DNA from: Candidatus Binataceae bacterium
Lineage (GTDB): Bacteria; Desulfobacterota; Binatia; Binatales; Binataceae
DNA: 64,000 bases
Assembly: GCA_035295545.1 (NCBI GenBank)
Contig: DATGIT010000014.1
Span: 66,449 to 130,448, forward strand
Direction of reading: 5' to 3'
Part shown: one piece after another, positions 9,295 to 18,238 of the stretch
How the letters are laid out: each line of letters starts with the position of its first letter
Numbering within the stretch: position 1 is the stretch's first letter
Notes under the pieces: model-generated
The model's input: the letters and a program-made list of their open reading frames with translations, nothing else
What the model was told of the DNA's origin: nothing
The model's database searches: none
Translations under genes and position numbers: made by a program

Positions 9295-10434
9295 ATGTCA
9301 CGCACGATGTGCTGGCGCGAGGAACTTGCCGTGGCGACTTTGCAACAGGTGCTTGATGATCCCGCGCTCAAACTCGAGGCCGTGATGGACGGCGCGCCGG
9401 CAGCCGAGAGAGCCAGCATCACCGTTCTACCGCTGGACCAGGCGCTCGGCCAGTGGACGCGGCTTGGCCAAGCCGCCAAACACGCCACCCTCTTTCATAC
9501 CCCGGCATGGGCTGACGTGTTGCGCCGCGCCTATGGATTTCGCGTGCAGGCGGCGATGCTCGAATGGCGTGGACAGCCGCTCGCGGGATGCCTGCTCGCC
9601 CGCACGCGCAATCCGCTGGCGCGGCGAATGGTCGGACTGCCCTTTTCGGACTCGTGTCCGCCGCTGGGCGTGGACGCGGAGGCGGTTGCGCGCCTGATGG
9701 ATGCGCTGACGTCGGCGCGGCCGCTCGGCGGGGCCTTCGAGCTTCGCGGTATCCGGGGAGCCGCGCCGTGGCAGACGGTCGAGTGTTTCGAACAATGGTC
9801 AATCGATCTGGCGCGGCCGTTCCCGGCGATCGAACGCGGCGCGGACCGGAATTTTCGCCGCCAGGTCAAACGCGCGGCCAACGAGCAGTTCCGCATCGAA
9901 AACGGCGACACGCTCGCGATGCTGCGGCGTTTCTATGCGATTCAGCTCGAGACGCGCCGGCGGCTGGGTGTTCCGCCGCAGCCGCTGCGCTTCTTCAACC
10001 TCGTGCGCGAGGCGTTTGCTCCCGGGGGCGGTCTCGAGATCTGGATCGCCTCGTTGGCGGGGCACGATCAGGCCGCGGTCGTGCTGCTGCGCGACGAAGC
10101 GCAGCTCTATGCCAAGTGGTCGGCGCGCGCCGCGGAGAGCGCCCCCGGCGCTTCCCACCTGCTGTTCTTCAGCATCCTGGAACATCACGCGGGCCGGGCG
10201 GCGGCGCTCGACCTCGGCCGCACCGACCTGCGCAACAGCGGGCTTGCGCGTTTCAAGGCCGAAATGGGCGCCACGCCTTCGCCCCTGCCGTACAGCTTCT
10301 TTCCCGCCGCGCCGCGTCGTATCAGCGCCGAGGATCCCGACCGTTCCGGACGCCCCCTTACGCGCCTCTGGCGCCGGCTGCCGTTACCCGTGACGCGCGC
10401 GATCGGCGCCATCGCCTACCGCTACCTGGCGTGA
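9295..10434 (+). CDS. FemAB-like / GNAT (Acetyltransf_6-like) protein
   Basis: 379 aa. Fold-level resemblance to FemAB/CelD-type acyltransferases (AKWSARAAESAPGASHLLFFSILEHHAGRAAALDLGRTDLRNSGLARFKAEMGA). Translationally coupled to the upstream GNAT gene. Confidence 0.55.
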   Translation: MSRTMCWREELAVATLQQVLDDPALKLEAVMDGAPAAERASITVLPLDQALGQWTRLGQAAKHATLFHTPAWADVLRRAYGFRVQAAMLEWRGQPLAGCLLARTRNPLARRMVGLPFSDSCPPLGVDAEAVARLMDALTSARPLGGAFELRGIRGAAPWQTVECFEQWSIDLARPFPAIERGADRNFRRQVKRAANEQFRIENGDTLAMLRRFYAIQLETRRRLGVPPQPLRFFNLVREAFAPGGGLEIWIASLAGHDQAAVVLLRDEAQLYAKWSARAAESAPGASHLLFFSILEHHAGRAAALDLGRTDLRNSGLARFKAEMGATPSPLPYSFFPAAPRRISAEDPDRSGRPLTRLWRRLPLPVTRAIGAIAYRYLA

Positions 10435-10594
10435 ACCGCGGCGTTGGTCGCGTCTCGAAATAAGCCGCGATCTGTAGGACGATAAAGACGGCGCGCCGGC
10501 GCGCCAATCGCAATCGGCGCGCGAGCACGGCGGGCGGCTCTGGCCCGCACGCGCGAGTTCTCGATCGTCAAAACAACCGAAGGGCGGTGAGCCG

Positions 10595-11065
10595 ATGGCA
10601 TCCGAAGATCTCTCAGGCATCGAAGAAGTCATTCGCAAGGCCGGTCAGGCATTGGCCGATACGCTTGCGGCCGTCAACAAGGCGGCCAGGGACTTCGCCG
10701 CACAGACCGGCGCCGGCATCGACCGCGAGCAGATGGTCGAAAGCTGGATTCGCGCCGCGCGCATGAGCAAGGACGGCATGGTCGCGGCGCTCGAGCAGGG
10801 CTTTCAATGGTGGGAGCGCCAGCTCCGCGAGCAGGTGCGGCGCTCAGGCGGCGCGGCCGGCGGCGGCTCCGAAAAGACGCATGTCAATCCGATGGAAGCC
10901 TGGGCCGAGAACTGGCGCAAGGCGACCGAGCAGGCGTTCGGCGACTCCGGCAAATGGACCGAGGAGGCGCGCCGTCAGGCGGAAATGGCTCAGCGCACGC
11001 TGCAGGAAGGGCTGCGCGCGTGGCAGCGGCTGTGGGAGCCGGAGAAAAAGCGCGAAAGCTCCTGA
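10595..11065 (+). CDS. hypothetical coiled-coil protein (phasin-like?)
   Basis: 156 aa, Trp/Glu/Arg-rich helical protein. Weak SD (GAAGGG) upstream. No domain recognised with certainty. Confidence 0.45.
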   Translation: MASEDLSGIEEVIRKAGQALADTLAAVNKAARDFAAQTGAGIDREQMVESWIRAARMSKDGMVAALEQGFQWWERQLREQVRRSGGAAGGGSEKTHVNPMEAWAENWRKATEQAFGDSGKWTEEARRQAEMAQRTLQEGLRAWQRLWEPEKKRESS

Positions 11066-11214
11066 GCGCCGCGCCCGGCCGCCGTCGCCTATTCCGCACT
11101 CGGGCTCACACACGGCTCGTCGGCCATCGCGCGGCCATCAGCCGGCGGCCGGGCAATTATTCGTTCGCGCAGTTTACGCAGCGTTCAGTGCCACGCGCTC
11201 GCGCAGCAGTCTCG

Positions 11215-11676
11215 TCAGATTGCCTTCCATGCGGCCGCCCATTGGGCTCGTCGCGCATAGAAATATCCGGTCATGCAGAAATCGAAGGCTGCACAAAAGA
11301 ACCCGTAGGCGAGCGGTACAGGGGTGAGCCGACCGGGCTCAAAGGCGGCGTAAACTCCGTGCGCCTGAAGCTCGTGCAGCAGATCCCACATACCATGCAA
11401 CGAGTATCCGAGCATCAGGGCCACGGGTAAGCGCGCGCCCGGCAGAGCGATTGCCGCAAATGCCGCCACGGCGACTATCTCAAGCCGCCACGCCGTCGTC
11501 GCCCCAAAGTAGCTGGCGAAGGCCAAATAGAAGCCGGCGATCATCACCAGAAAAATCGCGTAGAAGATCTGCTCGCCCCTGGAACCCAGGATGTTCCGGA
11601 CGATGAAGATGGCGCCCGCCGCCGCCATCAGCCCGATCGTCGCGTAAAGCATCACGATCACCGCAAATCCAAACAT
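11215..11676 (-). CDS. hypothetical membrane protein (4 predicted TM helices)
   Basis: Start moved to ATG at 11676 (MFGFAVIVMLY), preceded by AAGGGA about 8 nt upstream. Hydrophobic helices throughout. Confidence 0.5.
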   Translation of the reverse strand: MFGFAVIVMLYATIGLMAAAGAIFIVRNILGSRGEQIFYAIFLVMIAGFYLAFASYFGATTAWRLEIVAVAAFAAIALPGARLPVALMLGYSLHGMWDLLHELQAHGVYAAFEPGRLTPVPLAYGFFCAAFDFCMTGYFYARRAQWAAAWKAI

Positions 11677-11844
11677 ATGAACCGTCCCTTTCCGAATGCA
11701 GGGTGCGCGCCGGTATCGCTTCACCGGCTCACCCGGTCGGGATCGAACGTCGACAAGCCGCAGACACGTTCAAGGCGGCAAAGACCTTCCGCGGCGACCC
11801 GCCAGAGCCTTGCCGACCTGCGGTTTTACCCGGCGATGGTTGTT

Positions 11845-12474
11845 TCAGAGATTGTTCTTGTAGTCGAGTTCGACCATGCGGTCGATCTTCTCGGCCGCGC
11901 CCTCGCCGTCGCTCCGGGTCGCGAGATACCTGCCCCACGAGAAGCGAATCTTCTCGCTCCAGCTCTCGGGCTTCCATAGCTGCGAGCGAATCAGCGCCTT
12001 GGCGCAGTGGAAAAAACATTCGCGCACGTGCACCCGGATGGCGAGCTGCGCCGGCGATCCGCCGGACGAAAGGCGCGACAGGATTGCCGGATCGACGCTC
12101 AGCTCCGCGGCGCCGTTGACGCGCAGCGTCTCGTCGGTGCCTGGCACCATGAAGATCAGGCCGACGTGCGGATTGGCGAGCACGTTCTGCAGACCGAAGA
12201 GCAGCTTGTTGCCCTTGCGGTCGGGAATGAGCAGCGTGTGGCGATCCTCGACCGCGACGAAGCCCGGCGCGCCGCCCTTGGGCGAGACGTCCTGGTTGCC
12301 CTCGGCGTCGGCCGTGCCGAGCACCATGAACGGCGCGCGGCGGATGAAATCGACCGCGAGGTCGTCGAGCGCGCGCAGGAGCTTGCGCGGCGTTGCCGGA
12401 TGCGGCTCGCCCATCAGCGTCCGCAAGTGTTCGACGGTGGTGATTCGGTAGTCGACCGGATTTTCCATCTTCAA
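11845..12474 (-). CDS. pyridoxamine 5'-phosphate oxidase family (split-barrel flavin/F420-binding) protein
   Basis: 209 aa. PPOX-class split-barrel motifs (DVSPKGGAPGFVAV, LLIPDRKGNKLLFGLQNVLANPHVGLIFMVPG). Confidence 0.75.
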   Translation of the reverse strand: MKMENPVDYRITTVEHLRTLMGEPHPATPRKLLRALDDLAVDFIRRAPFMVLGTADAEGNQDVSPKGGAPGFVAVEDRHTLLIPDRKGNKLLFGLQNVLANPHVGLIFMVPGTDETLRVNGAAELSVDPAILSRLSSGGSPAQLAIRVHVRECFFHCAKALIRSQLWKPESWSEKIRFSWGRYLATRSDGEGAAEKIDRMVELDYKNNL

Positions 12475-12584
12475 TGCTCCCGTGCGCGCGCGTCGCTTTG
12501 GAATCCCTCAATGAACGCTCTAGCACCTGGCCGCCGCTGCGGACAGACCGCCGTCGCCGACGGTTTGGCGTCCGGGATGACGCA

Positions 12585-13388
12585 TCAGCCAGCCTCCAGC
12601 GCGCGGGCGAGCCGCTCGAGCAGCAGCGCGACCGCCGCCGGGTCGGCCACGCGGAAGTGCGCGCGCGAGGGCCGCGCCTCACCCACCAGCACGCCCAGCC
12701 CGCGGCCGTCCTCCAATGCGGCGAACGCGTCCTCGTCGGTGCGGTCATCGCCGAAGTAAACCGGCTCGAACGCCTTGCCGACCGCATCGCTCAGCGCGCG
12801 CAGCGCCGTGGCCTTGGAGGCCGCGGCCGGAATCGCCTCGACCACCAGCTTGTTGTGCGCGACGTGCAGATGCGGCGCGTGGGCGGCGACGAATTCCTCG
12901 AAACGGCGGCAGAGCGCGATGGCCGTGGTGCGATCCGCGTTGCGGTAGTGCAGCGCCACCGAGAGATGCTTGTCCTCGATTTCAAAGCCGCCGTCGCGCG
13001 GAACGTTGTCGGCCAGCCATGCGCGGACGCGTTCGAGCTCGGGCAAATGGTGCGCGGCGTCTCCCAGCGTGCGGACCTCGGCGTCGTCGCGCAGCGCGAT
13101 TTCGAGCCCGTGCACGCCGGCGTACATCACTTCGCGTCCAAGCCCGGTCATCTCGCGCAACTGAGCGACCGGCCGGCCGCTCACGATCGCGACCGCGGCG
13201 CGCGTCGGATGGGCGGCGATGGCGCGCACCGCCTCGATCGCGCCCGCCACCGGCACCGCCATCGACGGCCGGCTTACCAGCTCGGAGATGGTGCCGTCGT
13301 AGTCGAGACAGAGCAGGAGAGGGCTGCGGGCGGCGAGCCGTTCGAGGGTTGCGGGGGGCAGGCGGGGCGGCTGCGGTCTAATAGCCAG
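12585..13388 (-). CDS. otsB: trehalose-phosphatase (HAD superfamily)
   Basis: C-terminal 225 aa (ORF-track Met at 13262) are OtsB-like. The catalytic HAD motif LLLCLDYDGTISELV lies in frame upstream of that Met (DYDGT encoded at 13304..13290). The only in-frame candidates between the upstream TGA and this motif are CTG (13388) or ATT, so the 5' boundary is uncertain; it overlaps the otsA 3' end. Confidence 0.65.
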   Translation of the reverse strand: MAIRPQPPRLPPATLERLAARSPLLLCLDYDGTISELVSRPSMAVPVAGAIEAVRAIAAHPTRAAVAIVSGRPVAQLREMTGLGREVMYAGVHGLEIALRDDAEVRTLGDAAHHLPELERVRAWLADNVPRDGGFEIEDKHLSVALHYRNADRTTAIALCRRFEEFVAAHAPHLHVAHNKLVVEAIPAAASKATALRALSDAVGKAFEPVYFGDDRTDEDAFAALEDGRGLGVLVGEARPSRAHFRVADPAAVALLLERLARALEAG

Positions 13389-14880
13389 CGGAGGCCTCCG
13401 CGGCAGGATTTCGCTCCGGCAGCAGCGCGCTCAGGAAAAGTTCGGACCAGTGTTCGAGGTTGTTGCGATGCACGTGCGTACGCATCGCGCGCATCCGCGC
13501 CGCGCGCTCGTTGGGCGCCATCGCAAGCGCCTGCTTGATGCGCGCCGCGATCGCGTCGATATCGTACGGGTTGACCAGCAACGCCTGGGTCAGCTCCTCG
13601 GCGGCGCCGGCGAATTCGCTGAGAATCAGCGCGCCGTCCTCGCCCAGGTGGGCCGCGATATATTCCTTGGCGACCAGGTTCATGCCGTCGCGCAGCGGCG
13701 TCAACAGCGCGACGTCGGCCGCCTGATAGTAGGCGACCAGGTCTTCGGCCCCGAACTGCGTGTACAGATAGCGGATCGGAACCCATCCCTCGGACGAGAA
13801 ATGTCCGATGATGCGGCCGACCAGCTCGTCGAGCTCGCGCTTGAGCGCGGCATAGTCGGCGACCTTGGTGCGTGAGGGCACCGCGATCAGCACCAGCGTG
13901 ACCTTGCGATGGTAGGCCGGATTGGTCTCGAGGAAGCGCTCGAAGCCCTGCAGGCGTTCGAGGATGCCCTTGGTGTAATCCAGACGATCGACGCCCAGCA
14001 CCACGTGCGGCGTGCGCAGCGCCCGGCGGATCCGCTCGGTGCGCTCCTTGACGCGCGGGGTGGCCGCGAGATTGGCGAAGTAGTCGGCGGGAATGCCGAG
14101 CGGGAAGACGCCGACCCTCACCGGGCCGCGGTAGGTCGCGATCTCGCTGCGGGTTCGGTCAACGCGCAGTCCCAGGATGCGCTCGCAGCAGTTGAGGAAC
14201 TGGACGACGTAAGAGCGGGTGTGAAAGCCAATCAGGTCGGCGCCGAGCATCCCCTCGAGCAGCTCGGCGCGCCAGGGAAAGACGCGGAAAATCTGCTCGG
14301 GCGGAAACGGCACGTGCCAGAACAGCCCAACTGGCGCGCGCGCCCGCTGCTCACGCAGCATGCGCGGAACCAGCGCGAGATGGAAATCCTGCACCCAGAT
14401 CACGTCATTGTCGGTGGACTCGGCCGCGGCCAGCGCCGCGAACTTGCGGTTTACGGTCTCATAATAGCGCCAGTGGAGAGCGCTGAAATGGCAATTCGCG
14501 GTCATGAAGTGCATCAGCGGCCACAGCCCGCGATTGCACATGCCGTAGTAGTAGTGCGAGACGTCGCGCTCGTCGAGCGGACAGAAGACGATTTGAAACC
14601 GCGCCGGATCCGCGTCAGGCGGCATCAGCAGCCGCCCGGGAGTCTTCTTCTGCGTTCCCGACCAGGCGATCCAGAGGCCGCCCTGATGCTCGAGCAGACG
14701 CAGGAAGGTGGTGCCGACGCCGCCCACGGTCGGCTCGATGCGCTGCCTGCCGCTCTCGCGCACGACCCGAATCGGCGCCCGGTTCGACATCACCACCAGG
14801 CGGCCGCTTCCCGGCGGATGGGCGGTGGGGACGGCGATCACGGAACCTGGCGATGAAGCCTGTTTGTCCTTGTAATCCAT
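13378..14880 (-). CDS. otsA: alpha,alpha-trehalose-phosphate synthase (GT20)
   Basis: GT20-like throughout (RLDYTKGI, LVAKEYIAA). Start moved to Met at 14880 (MDYKDKQASSPGSVIAVP). The 62 aa upstream in the ORF track are low-GC and Cys-rich, and contain a terminator hairpin belonging to the upstream prx gene. Confidence 0.8.
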   Translation of the reverse strand: MDYKDKQASSPGSVIAVPTAHPPGSGRLVVMSNRAPIRVVRESGRQRIEPTVGGVGTTFLRLLEHQGGLWIAWSGTQKKTPGRLLMPPDADPARFQIVFCPLDERDVSHYYYGMCNRGLWPLMHFMTANCHFSALHWRYYETVNRKFAALAAAESTDNDVIWVQDFHLALVPRMLREQRARAPVGLFWHVPFPPEQIFRVFPWRAELLEGMLGADLIGFHTRSYVVQFLNCCERILGLRVDRTRSEIATYRGPVRVGVFPLGIPADYFANLAATPRVKERTERIRRALRTPHVVLGVDRLDYTKGILERLQGFERFLETNPAYHRKVTLVLIAVPSRTKVADYAALKRELDELVGRIIGHFSSEGWVPIRYLYTQFGAEDLVAYYQAADVALLTPLRDGMNLVAKEYIAAHLGEDGALILSEFAGAAEELTQALLVNPYDIDAIAARIKQALAMAPNERAARMRAMRTHVHRNNLEHWSELFLSALLPERNPAAEASAGY

Positions 14881-15048
14881 CGGGCCGCCGAGCGATTGGA
14901 AGACTCGAATCGCGCGATCGACAGCAGTGTCGACAAGGGGCTCGTTAATTGACGATTCAAATCTAACGCCGGTTTCTTGGCTGAGGCAAGTGAATGATTC
15001 AACGTGGCAAACCATAGAACATGCGAACGAAACCAGGCGAAACGAAAT

Positions 15049-15083
15049 GCGCCGGAAGGAGCGCATCGCACCCCTTCCGGCGC
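15049..15083 (-). terminator. intrinsic terminator hairpin downstream of the peroxiredoxin gene
   Basis: Perfect 11-bp inverted repeat gcgccggaagg / ccttccggcgc with a 13-nt loop, followed on the minus strand by a U-rich stretch (auuucguuucg). Confidence 0.5.
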
Positions 15084-15154
15084 ATCGTCAGAACTCGGCT
15101 CGCGATGCGGAGACTCGTCGCGCAGCGCTCCGATCGCGAGACGAACCGGGAATT

Positions 15155-15817
15155 CTAGCCCTTGGGTTGCGACACGATCCGCAGATACGGGCGCGGCGCC
15201 TTCCATCCCTGCGGATAGAGCTTCTTCGCCTCGTCGTCGGATACCGAGCCGGCGATGATCACGTCCTCGCCCGGCTTCCAGTTGACCGGGGTCGCAACCT
15301 TGTGCTTGGCCGACAACTGCAGCGAGTCGAGCACGCGCAGCACCTCGTCGAAATTGCGCCCGGTGGTCATCGGATAAACGATGATGAGCTTGACCTTCTT
15401 GTCCGGCCCGATGACGAAGACGTTGCGCACGGTGAGATTGTCGGTCGGCGTGCGCGTCGACGCGTCGCCCGAGGCGCTCGCCGGAAGCATTCCGTAGAGC
15501 TTCGAGATCTTCAGATCGGTGTCGCCGATAACCGGGTAGTTGGGCGCGAAGCCCTGGGTCTCCTTGATATCGTCCGCCCATTTGGCGTGATTGGATACCG
15601 GATCGACGCTTAGCCCGATGATTTTGACCCCGCGCTTGTCGAACTCGGGCTTCATCCGCGCCATATAGCCCAGTTCAGTCGTGCAGACGGGAGTGAAATC
15701 CTTGGGATGCGAGAAGAGAACACACCAGGAATTCCCAATCCATTCGTGGAAGCGAATCCGCCCCTGCGTCGTCTCCGCTTCAAAATCCGGTGCAACGTCG
15801 TTAATTGCCAAAGCCAT
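15155..15817 (-). CDS. peroxiredoxin (1-Cys Prx / Prx6-like)
   Basis: 220 aa. Peroxidatic cysteine motif FTPVCTTELG. Conserved WCVLFSHPKDFTPVC region. Confidence 0.85.
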   Translation of the reverse strand: MALAINDVAPDFEAETTQGRIRFHEWIGNSWCVLFSHPKDFTPVCTTELGYMARMKPEFDKRGVKIIGLSVDPVSNHAKWADDIKETQGFAPNYPVIGDTDLKISKLYGMLPASASGDASTRTPTDNLTVRNVFVIGPDKKVKLIIVYPMTTGRNFDEVLRVLDSLQLSAKHKVATPVNWKPGEDVIIAGSVSDDEAKKLYPQGWKAPRPYLRIVSQPKG

Positions 15818-16091
15818 GACCGACCTCCTTCATGTTCTTATACGATCGGATCCGGGCACCTGTGCCCTGGCAATTCAAGCGTCGCGCCGGGCGCCCGTAC
15901 CTGACTGTTCCACGCTTCCTTATGTCCCTTCGCGCATCTCCCCGGAAACCCTGGGGAAACGTGATCGCAAAGCTCAATCGAGAACATGCGCGACGGACAG
16001 ATGAAAGAAACAAACCGGACTCGATAAGTTCTAAATATATTTCCTCATGCCGCCGGCGGCAAGGCGGCCGGCGTCGCCCGCGAAATTCGCC

Positions 16092-16196
16092 TCAGCGCTT
16101 TTTCTTCTGTTTGCGAGCTTCGCGCACCCGTGCCTTGAGACGCTTTTCGCGCCGCTTGCGCCGCCGCCTAATCTCGCGCTGTCGCTCCGTCGCCAT
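16092..16196 (-). CDS. putative small highly basic protein (34 aa)
   Basis: MATERQREIRRRRKRREKRLKARVREARKQKKKR. ATG at 16196 preceded by GAGGAA 4 nt upstream. Embedded in a longer track ORF (16092..16430) whose upstream part looks non-coding. Confidence 0.3.
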   Translation of the reverse strand: MATERQREIRRRRKRREKRLKARVREARKQKKKR

Positions 16197-16368
16197 CGAT
16201 TCCTCGTCCGTCCGCCTGAACTGAGACCGGTGCGTAGGCGGGCGGGGCGTCAAATGGCCCGCGTCTGCTGTCGCTTGAAGAGCCGGAATCGTCGGACTAC
16301 AAGCGACCTTAGACGCATGCGCGGTCAAGCGCAAATGGCGGCGCGCTGCGTGCAGGAGACTCGAATCG

Positions 16369-18114
16369 ATGTCCCGGATTATCATCGAGAAAGATATCGA
16401 AATTCCGATGCGCGACGGCTGCGTGCTCAAGGCCGACCTTTACCGGCCCGAAGGGCCGGCGCGGCTGCCAGTGCTGCTCAATCGCACGCCGTACGACAAA
16501 TCCTTCCCGCTGATTACGCTCAACACGCTCGACGTGGTCCGCGCCGCCCGCGCCGGCTACAACGTCGTGGTGCAGGACTGCCGCGGACTGTTCGCCTCAC
16601 AGGGCACCTTCCGATGCTTCGTCGACGAAGCGCGCGACGGTTACGACACCATCGAATTCCTCGCGCGCCAGCCGTGGGCCGATGGCAAAGTGGGCACCTT
16701 CGGCGCCTCGTATATGGGCGCCACGCAATGGTTGGCGGCGACCGAGCGTCCGCCGAGTCTGAAAGCGATGGTGCCGTCGATCACGGCGAGCGACTACCAC
16801 GAGGGTTGGGTTTACCAGGGCGGCGCGTTCGAGCTGTTCTTCGGCGTCAGTTGGCTGATGATCACGCTTGGGCTGAGCCGCCTGATGCGCGAGCGCGGCG
16901 ACAATCCCGCGGCGGCCGCGGAGTTGAGCGCGGTCATGGAAAGCATCGACGTGATGCGCGAGCGGATGGAGTTCATGCCGCTCAGCGAGTTTCCACTGTT
17001 TCGCACCGGGGCGCCGTACTTTTTCGACTGGCTCGCGCACCCATATTACGACGACTACTGGCGCGCGATCAGCATCGAAGAGCGCCACGACCGCATCGAG
17101 GTGCCGGCGCTCAACGTCGCCGGATGGCACGACATCTTCATGGGCGGCTCGCTGCGCAATTACCGCGGAATGCGGGCGCGCGGCGGCTCGCCCGCGGCGC
17201 GCTCGGGCCAGCGCCTGCTCGCCGGACCGTGGCATCACGCCGTGCCGTTCTCGAGCCTGGTCGGCCAGGTCGACTACGGCTTCCGCTCGGGCCCGGTGGC
17301 GATCGATTACGACGGCGCGCAACTGCGATTTTTCGATCACTGGCTCAAGGGGGCGGACAACGGCGTGGACCGGGACGCGCCGGTAAAGCTCTTCGTGATG
17401 GGCATCAATCAATGGCGCGAGGAGAAAGATTGGCCGCCGCCGGGCGCCGAGGAGCGCCGCTACTACCTGCACAGCCGCGGCAAAGCCAACAGCGCCTATG
17501 GCGACGGCGCGCTCGCGCGCGAAGCGCCCGGCGAAGAGCCGCCCGATTCGTTTCTCTATAATCCGCTCAACCCGGTGCCGACCGTCGGCGGGGGCCTCTG
17601 CTGCTACGCCAATGCGCAACCGGGCGGCGCGCTCGACCAGAGCATGGTCGAGCATCGCGCGGACGTGCTGGTCTATACGACCGAGCCGCTCGCCGAGGAC
17701 CTGGCGGTTATCGGTCCGGTGAGCGTGACGCTGTACGCGTCATCGTCAGCGCCGGATACCGATTTCACCGCCAAGCTGGTGGATGTCGGGCCCTGCGGGT
17801 TCGCGCGCAACCTGACTGACGGGATAATCCGCGCGCGCGTGCGCGAATCGCCAAGCGAGCCGCGCCTGATGGTTGCGGGAAAGGTATACGAGTTCAGGAT
17901 CGATCTGTGGGCGACGGCCAACGTGTTCAAGGCCGGCCATCGGGTGCGGCTGGAGGTCAGTTCGTCGAATTTTCCCCGATTCGACCGTAATCCCAACACG
18001 GGTCACGAATTGTTCGCCGACGCCGAGACGCGACCCGCACTGCAGACGGTCATGCACGAATGCGGGTTTGAATCGTACCTGAGCTTGTCCGTTGTGCCGG
18101 GCGCGGGGATCTGA
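16369..18114 (+). CDS. CocE/NonD family hydrolase (X-Pro dipeptidyl-peptidase S15-like)
   Basis: 581 aa. N-terminus MSRIIIEKDIEIPMRDGCVLKADLYRPEG..PVLLNRTPYDK. Ser hydrolase fold with C-terminal beta-sandwich region. Confidence 0.85.
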   Translation: MSRIIIEKDIEIPMRDGCVLKADLYRPEGPARLPVLLNRTPYDKSFPLITLNTLDVVRAARAGYNVVVQDCRGLFASQGTFRCFVDEARDGYDTIEFLARQPWADGKVGTFGASYMGATQWLAATERPPSLKAMVPSITASDYHEGWVYQGGAFELFFGVSWLMITLGLSRLMRERGDNPAAAAELSAVMESIDVMRERMEFMPLSEFPLFRTGAPYFFDWLAHPYYDDYWRAISIEERHDRIEVPALNVAGWHDIFMGGSLRNYRGMRARGGSPAARSGQRLLAGPWHHAVPFSSLVGQVDYGFRSGPVAIDYDGAQLRFFDHWLKGADNGVDRDAPVKLFVMGINQWREEKDWPPPGAEERRYYLHSRGKANSAYGDGALAREAPGEEPPDSFLYNPLNPVPTVGGGLCCYANAQPGGALDQSMVEHRADVLVYTTEPLAEDLAVIGPVSVTLYASSSAPDTDFTAKLVDVGPCGFARNLTDGIIRARVRESPSEPRLMVAGKVYEFRIDLWATANVFKAGHRVRLEVSSSNFPRFDRNPNTGHELFADAETRPALQTVMHECGFESYLSLSVVPGAGI

Positions 18115-18193
18115 ATTGCAGTTGTCTCGCCGGGATTCTTTAGCCCAGAGCGTGATTTGTTTTAGCTATAATCATCAATTCAAGTCTTAAAGA

Positions 18194-18223
18194 CCTATTT
18201 CAACTTTTCAAATCCGAAATAGG
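18194..18223 (+). terminator. hairpin downstream of the CocE/NonD gene
   Basis: cctatttc ... gaaatagg 8-bp perfect stem with 14-nt loop in an AT-rich spacer, followed by ttgtctgcttgtt. A TATAAT box at 18167..18172 nearby may serve the sulfatase gene. Confidence 0.35.
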
Positions 18224-18238
18224 TTGTCTGCTTGTTAA

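Noticed and set aside
10441-10594. Double GGCGCGCC palindrome (gacggcgcgccggcgcgccaatcg) after the FemAB-like gene as a possible terminator
   Set aside because: No U-tract and a very short stem. More likely a chance GC-rich palindrome.
16047-17655. 504-aa plus and 352-aa minus ORFs overlapping the CocE/NonD gene
   Set aside because: Arg-rich shadow frames. The CocE/NonD frame has clear family motifs.
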